From assembly GCA_003215535.1 (NCBI GenBank), contig QCKG01000004.1, positions 51,496-115,495 on the forward strand: a stretch of 64,000 nucleotides of DNA, in the 5' to 3' direction. The notes below the pieces were generated by a model. It did no database searches. It was not told the origin of the DNA and saw nothing but the letters and a program-made list of their open reading frames with translations. Made by a program: the position numbers and the translations under genes. This stretch comes from Prochlorococcus sp. AG-409-L18 (GTDB lineage Bacteria; Cyanobacteriota; Cyanobacteriia; PCC-6307; Cyanobiaceae). Positions 9,139-20,134 of this stretch are shown one piece after another (position 1 is the first letter of the stretch; the number at the start of each line of letters is the position of its first letter).

Positions 9139-11064
9139 ATGCCACTAATTACACTCCCAGACGGAACTCAGAAAACTTTTGGAGACAAAGTAAGCATACT
9201 AGAAGTTGCTAAAAATATTGGGCCTGGGCTTGCAAAAGCAGCATTAGCAGGGAAAGTAAATGGGAAGCTGCAGGATACATGCTTCCAAATAAAAAATGAT
9301 TCCGAAGTAACTATAATCACAGCTAAAGATGAAGAAGGACTAGAAATAATTCGCCATTCATTTGCACATCTTCTAGGACATGCCATAAAACAATTATACC
9401 CTTTAGCAAAAATGGCTATTGGTCCAACAATAACAAACGGTTTCTATTATGATATTGAATTAGAGAATCCCTTGACAATTAATGATCTAAATAAGATCGA
9501 GAAGAGAATTAATGAGCTTATAAATCTTGATTATGATGTAGTTGTTGAAATAGTTTCTCCCGAAATTGCAAAAGAAACATTTATAGCCAGAAATGAGTCC
9601 TATAAGGTAGAGATTATCGACCAGATCCCCAAAGGAGAGATAATTAAGCTATATAAACATCAGGAATATACTGACATGTGTAGGGGACCTCATGTTCCCA
9701 ATACTAGGCACTTAAGATCATTTAGGTTAATGAAAGTATCGGGTGCTTATTGGCGTGGAGACTCTAACAATAAGATGTTACAGAGGATATATGGTACTGC
9801 ATGGAGAAATTCGAAAGAACTTAATACCTACCTCAGGCAAATAGATGAAGCTGAAAAGAGAGATCACAGAAAAATTGGAAGGAAAATGTCACTTTTCCAT
9901 ATGCAAGAAGAATCTCCAGGAATGGTTTTTTGGCATCATAAAGGCTGGGCTATTTATCAAGTATTAGAACAATATATTAGGAGAATGTTAGTGGAAAGAG
10001 GATATTTGGAGATAAAGACACCACAAGCTGTAGATAGAACATTATGGGAGAAATCTGGCCATTGGGAGAAATTTAAAGATGATATGTTTACAACTACTTC
10101 TGAAAATAGAGAATATGCTATCAAACCAATGAATTGTCCGTGTCATATTCAGATCTTCAATCAAGGTTTAAAAAGTTATCGCGATCTTCCTATACGATTA
10201 GCAGAATTTGGTTCTTGCCATAGGAATGAACCCTCAGGTTCATTACATGGATTGATGCGCGTAAGAAACTTTGTGCAAGATGATGCACATATTTTCTGCA
10301 CAGAATCTCAAATTCAATCGGAAGTAGGAGAATTTATTGACTTAGTTTTTGAAGTCTACAAAACATTTGGGTTTGATTCTATACTTATCAAACTTTCTAC
10401 ACGTCCAGAGAAAAGAGTAGGAACTGAAGAGATCTGGGACAAATCAGAAAAATCTTTGGAAGATGCCCTAATTTCAAAAGGTTTAAGCTGGGAAGTCCTT
10501 CCTGGAGAAGGAGCATTTTATGGGCCAAAAATAGAATTTTCTTTAAAAGACTGTCTTGGAAGAGTCTGGCAATGTGGGACAATACAAGTTGATTTTTCAA
10601 TGCCAGTCAGACTAGACGCTTCATATATTGATGAAGAAAGTCAACGTAGAAATCCAGTAATGCTTCACAGGGCAATCTTGGGGTCTTTCGAAAGGTTTAT
10701 TGGAATACTAATAGAGCACTATGAAGGACGATTCCCTTCATGGCTTGCACCCGTTCAAGCCATCGTAATGGGAATAACTGACCGCAATTCAGTCGCTTGC
10801 GAAAGAGTAACTAAAAGGCTTTGCTCAAGGGGGTATAGGGTTGAATCAGATTTAAGGAATGAAAAGGTAGGTTTTAAAATCAGAGAACATACATTGCAAA
10901 GAGTTCCATATCTATTAATCATTGGTGACAAAGAAGAAGAAGCTGGAGAGGTTGCAGTTCGAACTAGAGAAGGAAAAGATCTTGGTAAAATGAATATTGA
11001 TGAATTCATAAATATATTAGATGCTTCAATAGAGTTAAAAGGTAGAAAATCCTCCAAAGGTTAA
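9139..11064 (+). CDS. thrS: Threonine--tRNA ligase
   Basis: 641 aa. N-terminal TGS domain (ITLPDGT), a second additional domain, a class II core ([34 protein letters not shown]) and a C-terminal anticodon-binding domain. Confidence 0.95.
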   Translation: MPLITLPDGTQKTFGDKVSILEVAKNIGPGLAKAALAGKVNGKLQDTCFQIKNDSEVTIITAKDEEGLEIIRHSFAHLLGHAIKQLYPLAKMAIGPTITNGFYYDIELENPLTINDLNKIEKRINELINLDYDVVVEIVSPEIAKETFIARNESYKVEIIDQIPKGEIIKLYKHQEYTDMCRGPHVPNTRHLRSFRLMKVSGAYWRGDSNNKMLQRIYGTAWRNSKELNTYLRQIDEAEKRDHRKIGRKMSLFHMQEESPGMVFWHHKGWAIYQVLEQYIRRMLVERGYLEIKTPQAVDRTLWEKSGHWEKFKDDMFTTTSENREYAIKPMNCPCHIQIFNQGLKSYRDLPIRLAEFGSCHRNEPSGSLHGLMRVRNFVQDDAHIFCTESQIQSEVGEFIDLVFEVYKTFGFDSILIKLSTRPEKRVGTEEIWDKSEKSLEDALISKGLSWEVLPGEGAFYGPKIEFSLKDCLGRVWQCGTIQVDFSMPVRLDASYIDEESQRRNPVMLHRAILGSFERFIGILIEHYEGRFPSWLAPVQAIVMGITDRNSVACERVTKRLCSRGYRVESDLRNEKVGFKIREHTLQRVPYLLIIGDKEEEAGEVAVRTREGKDLGKMNIDEFINILDASIELKGRKSSKG

Positions 11065-11121
11065 TAGCAATTATTACCTTTTAGAATATAATTACTTTAC
11101 TAGCTTCAGGCCTCTACCTCT

Positions 11122-12159
11122 ATGAATTTTCTGGCGGGAGACCTGGGAGGAACAAAAACCTTACTAGCAATATTCTCTTGGGATGGGACTCTAAGTATTT
11201 CTTACCAAAAACATTATTTATCCAAAGATTGGTCGTCACTCAATCAAATAATTGCTCATTTTCTTGACTCTTTGCCTAAGAACCTAAATGAGCCCTCACA
11301 TGGATGTATAGCAGTCGCCGGTCCAGTAACAAATGGCCAATCACGCATTACAAACCTAGGATGGGATCTAGACGAGAAGGAAATTTGTAAATTCACAAAG
11401 TTAAAAACACTTGAATTAATTAATGACTTTTCTGTATTAATTTACGGTCTTCCTTACCTAAATAGGGACCAATATTCTCCGATTCAACCTATATCAGAAG
11501 TGAAGCCAATAGAAGGAACTGTTGCCATTATTGGTGCTGGGACTGGCCTAGGGGTAACAACCGGTTTAATAACAAGAAATGAAATCAAGGTTTTTCCTAG
11601 TGAGGGGGGACACTGTGAATTTGCAGCTAGGACAGAAAGAGAATGGCAACTTGCTCAATGGCTAAAAAATGATCTTAAAATTGAGCGTCTTTCTAGAGAA
11701 AGAGTAATAAGCGGCACTGGACTTGGTCACGTAGCCCGTTGGCGACTCACTCAGCATGATGCAAATAATCATCCACTAAATAAAACTGCAGAGGTATGGA
11801 GATACTCAACTTTAAAAACCCCAGATTTTCCAGCAATAGTAAGCAAGGCAGCCAAAAATGGAGATCCAATAATGAAAGAAGCATTGGAACTGTGGCTAGG
11901 TGCTTATGGTTCAGCGGCAGGAGACCTTGTCCTTCAGGAGCTATGCCTTGCAGGACTATGGATAAGCGGAGGAACTGCTTCAAAGCAACTAACTAACCTG
12001 CGCTCAAGTTCGTTCCTCGATGCGATGCAAAACAAAGGTCGTTTCAAAGAATTTATTCAAAAGATTCCAGTAATGGCATTGACAGATCCCTCTGTTGGCC
12101 TTTTTAGTGCAGCATGCAGGGCTCGCTTACTTGCCGAGTCAAGTGGCACACTTAGCTGA
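11122..12159 (+). CDS. glk: Glucokinase (Glk family)
   Basis: 345 aa with N-terminal GDLGGTKT phosphate-binding motif and Glk-family length and pattern. Confidence 0.85.
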   Translation: MNFLAGDLGGTKTLLAIFSWDGTLSISYQKHYLSKDWSSLNQIIAHFLDSLPKNLNEPSHGCIAVAGPVTNGQSRITNLGWDLDEKEICKFTKLKTLELINDFSVLIYGLPYLNRDQYSPIQPISEVKPIEGTVAIIGAGTGLGVTTGLITRNEIKVFPSEGGHCEFAARTEREWQLAQWLKNDLKIERLSRERVISGTGLGHVARWRLTQHDANNHPLNKTAEVWRYSTLKTPDFPAIVSKAAKNGDPIMKEALELWLGAYGSAAGDLVLQELCLAGLWISGGTASKQLTNLRSSSFLDAMQNKGRFKEFIQKIPVMALTDPSVGLFSAACRARLLAESSGTLS

Positions 12160-12173
12160 TTAGTTCAAAAATA

Positions 12174-13121
12174 ATGGCGCAGCCGCGCATTGGCCAAAAA
12201 GTGATCGTGGATGTCCCTTCCACCACTGCCAATATTGGGCCAGGTTTTGATTGTCTGGGCGCAGCCCTCGATCTGACTAACAAATTCACTATCAGAAGGA
12301 TTGAAGGCAATGGAGAACGCTTTGAACTGATAATTGAAGGCACTGAAGGGAGCCACTTAAGAGGAGGTCCAGAAAACCTTTTTTATCGTGCAGCTCAAAG
12401 AGTTTGGAAAGCTGCAGGTTTAGAGCCTGTTGGACTTGAAGCGAGAGTGAATCTTGCCGTTCCTCCTGCTAGAGGCCTGGGAAGTAGTGCAACTGCAATA
12501 GTTGCAGGCCTTGTAGGGGCAAATGCACTGATGGGCTCCCCACTAGCCAAAGAAAAGCTATTAGAACTTGCTATTGATATTGAAGGCCATCCTGACAATG
12601 TTGTACCTTCTCTACTTGGTGGTCTATGCATGACTGCAAAAGCGGCATCCGAGCGTTGGAGAGTAGTTAGATGTGAGTGGGATTCTTCAATAAAAGCAGT
12701 TGTTGCAATTCCTTCTATTCGACTTAGCACGAGTGAAGCAAGACGTGTCATGCCAAAAAGTATTCCCCATGGTGACGCCGTCCTAAATCTTGGTGCCATG
12801 ACTTTGCTACTTCAAGGTCTAAGAACAGGCAATGGAGACCTAATCGCTGATGGGATGCATGACCGCCTCCATGAACCCTATAGGTGGAGATTGATTAAAG
12901 GAGGACTTGATGTAAAGAAAGCTGCTCTAGATGCAGGAGCCTTGGGATGCGCTATTAGTGGAGCAGGCCCTAGCATTTTGGCCCTATGCAAAGAATCCCA
13001 AGGGAGAAAGGTTAGTCAAGCAATGATTAGTTCATGGGAATCTATAGGCATAAGCAGCAGAGCCCCACTCCTCAACCTACAAACCCTAGGAAGCCAATGG
13101 AAAGAGGCAGCAAATGAGTAA
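12174..13121 (+). CDS. thrB: Homoserine kinase
   Basis: GHMP kinase motif PPARGLGSSATAIVAG and N-terminal PSTTANIGPGFDCLG. 315 aa. Confidence 0.93.
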   Translation: MAQPRIGQKVIVDVPSTTANIGPGFDCLGAALDLTNKFTIRRIEGNGERFELIIEGTEGSHLRGGPENLFYRAAQRVWKAAGLEPVGLEARVNLAVPPARGLGSSATAIVAGLVGANALMGSPLAKEKLLELAIDIEGHPDNVVPSLLGGLCMTAKAASERWRVVRCEWDSSIKAVVAIPSIRLSTSEARRVMPKSIPHGDAVLNLGAMTLLLQGLRTGNGDLIADGMHDRLHEPYRWRLIKGGLDVKKAALDAGALGCAISGAGPSILALCKESQGRKVSQAMISSWESIGISSRAPLLNLQTLGSQWKEAANE

Positions 13122-13178
13122 ATCTACTCACGAACTTCCCCAAAAACTGGTAGGTTCTATCTGCTTCTGTCTGAAATA

Positions 13179-14753
13179 ATGGACGCCAATTTGCCGGCAA
13201 TGGCTGCGTCCCAAGCCCCATTCCCCTGGCTATCACTAATTGTTCTGCTCCCTGCAATAGGAGCACTTTTAATGCCTCTGCTGCCAGAGGTAGAAGAAAG
13301 CAATGCTTTAAATCTTCCACGAAACATAGCTATAGCTTTCCTCCTGGCAGATTTTTTATTAATGCTGACCATATTCGGCCGGTTATTTGATACTCAAGCA
13401 GTTGGGCTTCAACTAGTTGAACGGGTCAGCTGGATCCCCTTCATTGGTCTGGAATGGTCTCTTGGTGTAGATGGTCTATCGGGACCACTGGTACTACTTA
13501 GTGGTTTAATTACTCTGCTTTCTGCAGCGGCAAGTTGGAATTTAGAAAGCAAAACCAGACTTTACTTCGCACTATTACTTGTTCAAGCATCAGCTCAAGC
13601 ACTGGTATTTCTATCACAAGACTTCCTACTCTTCTTTCTTTCGTGGGAACTAGAACTAGTTCCTGTTTATCTGCTTATTGCTATTTGGGGAGGGAAAAGA
13701 CGCCTTTATGCCGCAACAAAATTCATACTTTATACAGCTCTTGCCTCCTTGCTAATCCTAATTAGTGGACTGGCCTTAGCCTTGTCAGGGAATGACTTTA
13801 CTCTCAACTTAAGTGAACTAACTAATCGCTCCCCTTCTGGAAGTTTTGGACTTCTTTGTTATCTAGGTTTCTTAATAGGTTTTGGAGTAAAGCTACCAAT
13901 ATTCCCTCTCCACACATGGCTCCCTGATGCACATGGTGAGGCAAATGCTCCTGTTTCCATGCTTCTTGCTGGAATCCTTCTAAAGATGGGAGGTTATGCA
14001 CTTTTAAGGTTCAACGTGCAAATGCTTCCAGATGCTCATTTACAAATGGCACCAGCACTAATTGTAATTGGGATAGTAAATATAATTTATGGAGCTTTAA
14101 ATGCTTTTGCACAAGATAATGTAAAAAGGAGAATTGCATGTAGCTCAGTTAGCCATATGGGTTTTGTCCTTTTAGGGATAGGAGCAATTGATGCTCTTGG
14201 GATAAGTGGTGCCATGCTTCAAATGATTAGTCATGGATTAATAGCAGCTGCAATGTTTTTTGTAACCGGATCATTTTACGAACGCACCAAAACACTCTCC
14301 ATACCAAATATGGGAGGCTTAGCTAAGGTCCTACCTACAACTTTTGCTTTCTTTCTAACAAGCTCACTAGCCTCTCTTGCCTTGCCTGGCATGAGTGGTT
14401 TCGTAAGTGAAATAACCGTATTTCTAGGAATAACAAGTCAAGAAGGATTTACTCCTGTCTTTAGAGCTATCACAATCATACTTGCTGCAATTGGGCTAGT
14501 TCTTACCCCTATCTATCTATTATCAATGTGTAGGCGAGTTTTCTTTGGACCAAGAATTCCCGCACTGGCAATGGTTGAAGAAATGAACCCTCGCGAATTA
14601 ACGATTGGTCTTAGTCTTTTATTGCCAACTCTTATTATTGGATTCTGGCCTCGAGTAGCAATTGATTTTTACGAGGCTTCAACAAATGGCTTAGCAGAAA
14701 AGCTCATCAGTCATACCTTAGTAACACTTAACCAAGCAACTCCTCTAAGCTGA
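13179..14753 (+). CDS. ndhD: NAD(P)H-quinone oxidoreductase (NDH-1) subunit 4
   Basis: 524-aa polytopic membrane protein of the NuoM/NdhD family, with [27 protein letters not shown]. Confidence 0.9.
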   Translation: MDANLPAMAASQAPFPWLSLIVLLPAIGALLMPLLPEVEESNALNLPRNIAIAFLLADFLLMLTIFGRLFDTQAVGLQLVERVSWIPFIGLEWSLGVDGLSGPLVLLSGLITLLSAAASWNLESKTRLYFALLLVQASAQALVFLSQDFLLFFLSWELELVPVYLLIAIWGGKRRLYAATKFILYTALASLLILISGLALALSGNDFTLNLSELTNRSPSGSFGLLCYLGFLIGFGVKLPIFPLHTWLPDAHGEANAPVSMLLAGILLKMGGYALLRFNVQMLPDAHLQMAPALIVIGIVNIIYGALNAFAQDNVKRRIACSSVSHMGFVLLGIGAIDALGISGAMLQMISHGLIAAAMFFVTGSFYERTKTLSIPNMGGLAKVLPTTFAFFLTSSLASLALPGMSGFVSEITVFLGITSQEGFTPVFRAITIILAAIGLVLTPIYLLSMCRRVFFGPRIPALAMVEEMNPRELTIGLSLLLPTLIIGFWPRVAIDFYEASTNGLAEKLISHTLVTLNQATPLS

Positions 14754-14754
14754 A

Positions 14755-16905
14755 ATGGACGAAGAAATCGGCAACACCAAAACCCCCGCATTGCTAATTG
14801 GCCATGGACTCCCTCCATACAGTGAAATAGATGCTGATCACGTAAAAACTTATATTCCATTACTACTTGAAGACTTAAATAAAAGACTTACCGAACTTGA
14901 AAAAGATCTTGAAAAGAAGCTTGCTTCAGCAGACATCTTGAAATGGCATGAAGTCCTACCGCCTCTTCATCAACTGGGAGAAAAATTACGATGGAGCTGG
15001 GGTGCTGTATCACACCTAAATAGTGTGTGTAATTCTCCAGAATTCAGAGAGGCACACTCCAAACAACAACCAGAAATAATTCGTTTTGGGAACAGAATTG
15101 GTCAAAGCAAGATTTTGCATAGAGCTCTATGCAAAATCAATGAAAAATCTCTAAAGAATCTTGATTCAATCCAAAAAAGAATTCTCAAAGCAGAACTCCT
15201 ATCTATGCAATTACGTGGAGTTGGTCTAGATGATGAAATAAAGAATGAATTTAACGTCGACAGCGAACAACTTGCAGAACTTTCCACTACTTTTAGCAAC
15301 CAACTATTAGATGCGACAAAAAAATGGGGGTTGCTTCTAAAGAGCCCCTCAGAAGTAGATGGACTACCAAATAGGACAAAAGAAGCTCTAGCCTCTGCAG
15401 CCAGAGACCATGGCGATAGAAACACCCCAGAGGACACTGAACCAACAGCAGAGAAGGGTCCATGGCGACTAGGGCTAGACATGCCCACATATATCTCTTT
15501 TATTACGCATGCGACAAATAGGCGTTTGAGAGAAATTATCTATAAAGCCTATGTCAAAAGAGCCAGTGAAGGAGAACTGAATAACCAACCTCTCATCGAA
15601 AAAATCCTTATCTTAAGGACTCGACAAGCACAAAGACTAGGTTACTCAAACTGGGCAGACCTAAGTTTGGCGAGCAAAATGGCAAAAGATATCAATGCTG
15701 TAGAGACATTGCTGGAAGATCTTCGCCTTGCAGCAAAACCAACTGCTCATAAGGAACTTAAAGAGTTGCAGGAATTCGCATGGAACAATGGTGCTCCTAA
15801 AAACCAAGAGCTTGCTCCATGGGATATAGCTTTCTGGTCAGAACGGCTTAAAAAAGAACGTTTTGATCTTGATCAAGAAGCACTTCGCCCCTGGTTCCCC
15901 CTCCCTCAAGTACTGGAGGGACTGTTTACTCTCTGCGGAAGATTATTTGATATTTCTGTAGAAGCCGCAGATGGAGAAGCGCCTATATGGCATAAAGATG
16001 TTCGTTTCTTCAAGGTTCACGACAAAGATGGGTCAGCCATAGCAGCGTTTTACCTTGATCCATATAGCAGACCAAAAAGCAAGCGCGGCGGAGCATGGAT
16101 GGACGAATGTCTAGTGCGAAGCCAATCTTCAAATGGAGAAAAGACTCTCCCAGTCGCATACCTTATTTGCAACCAGACCCCACCAGGAGATAACACACCT
16201 AGTCTCATGAGCTTCGAGGAAGTAGAAACACTTTTCCACGAATTTGGACATGGTCTACAACACATGTTGACAACTGTGGACTACCCCCAGGCTGCTGGAA
16301 TAAACAACGTTGAGTGGGATGCAGTGGAGTTACCAAGTCAATTCATGGAAAACTGGTGCATAGACCGAACCACGCTTATGGGCATAGCTAAGCACTGGAA
16401 AACTGGTGATGCCTTACCTGAAAAAGAATTTGAAAAGTTAAACATCAGCCGCAAGTTCAATGCTGGTCTTACAACTCTTAGACAAGTCCATTTCGCCCTT
16501 ACAGATATGAGGTTACATAGTCAATGGAATAAGAGTCTGGGCGTAACACCTGATCAACTTCGACGTCAAATCGCCATATCGACAACGGTGCTTCCTCCAA
16601 TCCCTGAAGATAAATTCCTTTGCAGCTTTGGACACATCTTTTCTGGAGGATATGCAGCTGGTTATTATTCATATAAGTGGGCAGAAGTACTGAGTGCAGA
16701 TGCTTTCTCGGCATTTGAAGAGGCAGGGTTAGATCAAGAAGAGAAAATCAAAGCCATAGGTAAACGCTTTCGTGAAACGGTTCTAAGTCTTGGAGGAAGT
16801 ATTGATCCAGCAGAAGTTTTTATTGCCTTCCGAGGGCGTCCATCAAAAACGGATGCTCTAATTCGCCATTCAGGCCTAACTATTATTGACAATGATCGCT
16901 TTTAA
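14755..16905 (+). CDS. prlC: Oligopeptidase A (M3 family zinc metallopeptidase)
   Basis: 716 aa with zinc motif HEFGHGLQH and M3-type flanks. The start lies 1 nt after the ndhD stop. Confidence 0.9.
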   Translation: MDEEIGNTKTPALLIGHGLPPYSEIDADHVKTYIPLLLEDLNKRLTELEKDLEKKLASADILKWHEVLPPLHQLGEKLRWSWGAVSHLNSVCNSPEFREAHSKQQPEIIRFGNRIGQSKILHRALCKINEKSLKNLDSIQKRILKAELLSMQLRGVGLDDEIKNEFNVDSEQLAELSTTFSNQLLDATKKWGLLLKSPSEVDGLPNRTKEALASAARDHGDRNTPEDTEPTAEKGPWRLGLDMPTYISFITHATNRRLREIIYKAYVKRASEGELNNQPLIEKILILRTRQAQRLGYSNWADLSLASKMAKDINAVETLLEDLRLAAKPTAHKELKELQEFAWNNGAPKNQELAPWDIAFWSERLKKERFDLDQEALRPWFPLPQVLEGLFTLCGRLFDISVEAADGEAPIWHKDVRFFKVHDKDGSAIAAFYLDPYSRPKSKRGGAWMDECLVRSQSSNGEKTLPVAYLICNQTPPGDNTPSLMSFEEVETLFHEFGHGLQHMLTTVDYPQAAGINNVEWDAVELPSQFMENWCIDRTTLMGIAKHWKTGDALPEKEFEKLNISRKFNAGLTTLRQVHFALTDMRLHSQWNKSLGVTPDQLRRQIAISTTVLPPIPEDKFLCSFGHIFSGGYAAGYYSYKWAEVLSADAFSAFEEAGLDQEEKIKAIGKRFRETVLSLGGSIDPAEVFIAFRGRPSKTDALIRHSGLTIIDNDRF

Positions 16906-17481
16906 CAAAACCTTCAATGCATTTGGATGGCTTATCAACTGCTTGTGAGTAATAACCGGAAGTTCAAAACATGAACCTACTGGAAGGAGCGCCTGTTTAT
17001 AAGGGAAAACCATAAGATCCCATCTACAGAAATAGCTACTACATTCGACTCCTTTTAGTAGAGATAAATCTTCATTTAACTCTTTCAACAAAGGACTCCT
17101 CAACTTCATTTCTGCAACACCAGCTAGCAGGCAAGAAGGCGCCAACTGGGCAGTCAAAGTCCCTCCATGAGGCGTGCCAACACTTATGAAGCGATTTGTG
17201 CGTCGCGCGCCCCCAAGACACTGCAGCCAAATCCTACTAACCAGACCACCCATAGAGAAACCAAGCAGGTCTAAACTTATTTCAGGGCCGTATCTTCTTA
17301 AGATATGAGCATCTAATTCCTCTGCCAAAGAACTTAAGGACACTCGACCAAATTGATGACGTAAATTAGGAGTTAATATTGAAAAATCAGATCTTGGCAG
17401 GCCTTTTAACAAGGAATTAAATACTCTGGAATTGTCCCAGAGTCCATGAACCATAACAAGAGGAGATTTATTAAATGACAA
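16876..17481 (-). CDS. Alpha/beta-fold hydrolase (esterase/lipase-like)
   Basis: 201 aa with nucleophile elbow GFSMGG and N-terminal VMVHGLWD oxyanion-type motif. Its 3' end overlaps the convergent prlC by 30 nt. Confidence 0.7.
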   Translation of the reverse strand: MSFNKSPLVMVHGLWDNSRVFNSLLKGLPRSDFSILTPNLRHQFGRVSLSSLAEELDAHILRRYGPEISLDLLGFSMGGLVSRIWLQCLGGARRTNRFISVGTPHGGTLTAQLAPSCLLAGVAEMKLRSPLLKELNEDLSLLKGVECSSYFCRWDLMVFPYKQALLPVGSCFELPVITHKQLISHPNALKVLLKAIIVNNS

Positions 17482-17871
17482 TTAAGTCGCTTGCGTAGAG
17501 ATATAACGTTGCATCTCAACTGCAACACTTCCAGAAAACCCTTTTACGGGGGCTGAGCACTTTGTAAGTTCAATTTGCATTGGGACTGAACCATAAAGAT
17601 CCTCCAACTTATTAAGAATCTGATAGCCAAAATGCTCAATGGTCTGACAACAAATCTGAAAGGAAAGATGCTGCAAGCCTGTAATAGCCAAGCTGTAATC
17701 GGCTGTAAAAGAGAGCTCGTCTTCTACAGCAGCTTTGTCTAGGTCAAGCCAGATAGAGAAATCTAAATTAAATGCCTGGCCTAGTAATCTTTCATGTTCA
17801 AAAACGCCAACATGAGCCCACAGATAAACACCTTTAACATGAATAGCTCCAGCAGGTAGGCAATTATTCAT
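17482..17871 (-). CDS. folB: Dihydroneopterin aldolase
   Basis: 129 aa with FolB pattern [41 protein letters not shown]. Confidence 0.8.
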   Translation of the reverse strand: MNNCLPAGAIHVKGVYLWAHVGVFEHERLLGQAFNLDFSIWLDLDKAAVEDELSFTADYSLAITGLQHLSFQICCQTIEHFGYQILNKLEDLYGSVPMQIELTKCSAPVKGFSGSVAVEMQRYISTQAT

Positions 17872-19184
17872 AGTGGCCGGTCCTGATGAGAAAACTTACT
17901 TTTTCCTGAAGCAAAATCAGAAACAACATGACCTCTACCACGAAGAAAATATCGATATGTAACCAACCCTTCAAGACCTACGGGGCCCCTTGGCGGCAAT
18001 GTCTGTGTACTAATGCCTACTTCAGCTCCAAACCCATAACGAAATCCATCGGCAAAACGAGTTGAACAATTGTGATAGACACCAGAGCTATCAACTGCAC
18101 TTAAAAACCGCTCGGCAACTTTCTCATCTGAAGTAACTATCGCTTCTGTATGTCGAGAACCATACCGACGAATATGTTCTAGAGCAGTTTCCAAACCAGA
18201 AACAACCCTAACGGAAAGCTTAAGATCCAAATATTCCGTAGCCCAGTCCTCTTCTTTAGCAACATCTTTAATCCCAAAAGTACAACTCATTTCATCCCCG
18301 AGGAGAGCAACCCCAGCCTGTTCGAACAAAGGAATCGCACTATTCAAGAAAGAAGAAGCTATATCCTTATGAAGAAGCAACGTCTCAATTGCATTACAAG
18401 CTGCTGGGTATTGGGTTTTACTATCAATTGCAATCCTTAAAGCCTGTGCTAAATCAGCTGCTGAATCGACATACAAATGACAGATGCCATCAGCATGTCC
18501 CAAAACAGGAATGCGGGTATTGTCCTGAATAAAACGTACTAGTTCATTACTCCCACGAGGGATAATCAAATCGACCAGGCCATCTAAACGAAGTAAGGCA
18601 AGGCTTTCCTGTCTAGTTGTAAGCAAAGCAAGTGAATGAGGATTCACTTCAGAGTCTGATAACCCCTCTTTTAAGGCCTTCATTATCGTTTTATTGGTAT
18701 TACTAGCTTCACTCCCCCCCTTCAAAATAGCTCCATTGCCTGAACGGATTGCGAGAGCAGCTATCTGCATCACAGCATCTGGGCGAGCTTCAAAGATCAC
18801 CCCCAAAACTCCTAATGGGACAGTCCTGCGCTCAAGGATTAAGTCTTTATCGAGCTCCCTATTCATTTGCCTAATGCCTAAAGGGTCAGACAAAAGTGCA
18901 ACTTTGCGCATCCCATCAATAGCCTCCATTAATTTATTTTCATCAAGCTTGAGCCGAGAAAGAAGTGCTCTCGCAAGGCCTTCATCAGCAGCACGATCGA
19001 GGTCCTCTAAATTTGCAGAGACTATCTCCTTGGACCACGCATTCAATGCATCAGCCATGCTGTTAAGAGCTGTTCTGCGCTGCCCATCTGTGGTTTGGCC
19101 TAAAGCAATAGAAGCAATCCGCACATCTGCAGCACGTTGCAGCAATTCCTTTGAAGGCTGAGGAACTTCAGGAGATTTGTTCAT
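17868..19184 (-). CDS. proA: Gamma-glutamyl phosphate reductase
   Basis: 438 aa, aldehyde dehydrogenase-like, with the ProA C-terminal motif [23 protein letters not shown]. 4-nt overlap with folB. Confidence 0.92.
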   Translation of the reverse strand: MNKSPEVPQPSKELLQRAADVRIASIALGQTTDGQRRTALNSMADALNAWSKEIVSANLEDLDRAADEGLARALLSRLKLDENKLMEAIDGMRKVALLSDPLGIRQMNRELDKDLILERRTVPLGVLGVIFEARPDAVMQIAALAIRSGNGAILKGGSEASNTNKTIMKALKEGLSDSEVNPHSLALLTTRQESLALLRLDGLVDLIIPRGSNELVRFIQDNTRIPVLGHADGICHLYVDSAADLAQALRIAIDSKTQYPAACNAIETLLLHKDIASSFLNSAIPLFEQAGVALLGDEMSCTFGIKDVAKEEDWATEYLDLKLSVRVVSGLETALEHIRRYGSRHTEAIVTSDEKVAERFLSAVDSSGVYHNCSTRFADGFRYGFGAEVGISTQTLPPRGPVGLEGLVTYRYFLRGRGHVVSDFASGKSKFSHQDRPL

Positions 19185-19215
19185 CGCAACAACTCAAGTC
19201 TCTTCATCATCTCTC

Positions 19216-20130
19216 CTAAGGGGTATCCTCGAAACCTATATAACGTTCCAAAGCCAAACGAGCAGCACCAAGACGACCTGCTCCATTCCCAAGTGCGCAG
19301 GTGCGAATCAACAATCCTTTTCTATTAACAGGTTGAACTCGCTTCTCAACTTCCTTTTGGAGTGAAGGAAGAAAATGAGTTGAGGCTCTAGACAATCCTC
19401 CTCCAATCAAAATCAACTCTGGAGCAAGCACATAAATAAGTGAACTAATCCCAGTCCCAAGGATGCGACCATAACGGTCCCAGACTTCAATAGCTCTAGG
19501 GTCACCCAAATCAGCAAGTTCATTTAATTCATCAGGTTCAACCTGAGACAAACGTTTAAGTCCAGCAGAACTTGCAAACTGCTCAAGAGATCCTCTGTTC
19601 CCACTGTTGCAAGCTGGACCTTCATGATCAAGACAAATCAGGCCTGGTTCTGCAGCAGTTCCGTTATGACCACTAAATAATGTGCCTCCAATCATTACGC
19701 CACCCCCTACCCCTGTTCCTAAAGTCAACAAAAGAACGTCTTGAAACCCCTGAGCGGCTCCCCTCCAAGCTTCACCTAGAAGTGCACAATTACCATCGTT
19801 ACCAAGAATAACTTTGCGATTCAATCTTGGTTCCAACCAATCCGCCAAAGGTACATCAACCCATCCAGGAAGGTTAATACAAATACGAGCAATCCTGCAG
19901 CAAGTGTCCATTGGACCTGGCAACCCAATCCCCACAAAAGGGGCTTTATGGTTAGGATCAATGAGATTAATTGCTTGAGTTAAAGCCACGGTTATAGCTC
20001 CAGGCATTGAAGGTGTAGGAGTTGGTATTTCAAGTTCCGCCAATAATTGTCCATTCAAAGCAAATCTTCCAACCTTTAGGAAGCTCCCGCCAATATCGAC
20101 TCCTATTAATTGACAATCTTCGCAGACCAT
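19216..20130 (-). CDS. ROK-family sugar kinase
   Basis: N-terminal GVDIGGS motif and ROK signature region LGNDGNCALLGEAWRGAA. 304 aa. Confidence 0.8.
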   Translation of the reverse strand: MVCEDCQLIGVDIGGSFLKVGRFALNGQLLAELEIPTPTPSMPGAITVALTQAINLIDPNHKAPFVGIGLPGPMDTCCRIARICINLPGWVDVPLADWLEPRLNRKVILGNDGNCALLGEAWRGAAQGFQDVLLLTLGTGVGGGVMIGGTLFSGHNGTAAEPGLICLDHEGPACNSGNRGSLEQFASSAGLKRLSQVEPDELNELADLGDPRAIEVWDRYGRILGTGISSLIYVLAPELILIGGGLSRASTHFLPSLQKEVEKRVQPVNRKGLLIRTCALGNGAGRLGAARLALERYIGFEDTP

Positions 20131-20134
20131 CTAA

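Noticed and set aside
12395-12799. 134-aa ORF antisense to thrB. The same applies to 15102-15488 antisense to prlC, 52245-52574 antisense to the ABC exporter, and 59567-59890 antisense to csoSCA.
   Set aside because: These are shadow ORFs inside confidently assigned genes and have no motifs.
18694-19161. 155-aa ORF antisense to proA
   Set aside because: It is embedded in a confidently identified gene. The translation is Ser/Ala/Arg/Leu rich with no motifs, so it is a shadow ORF.
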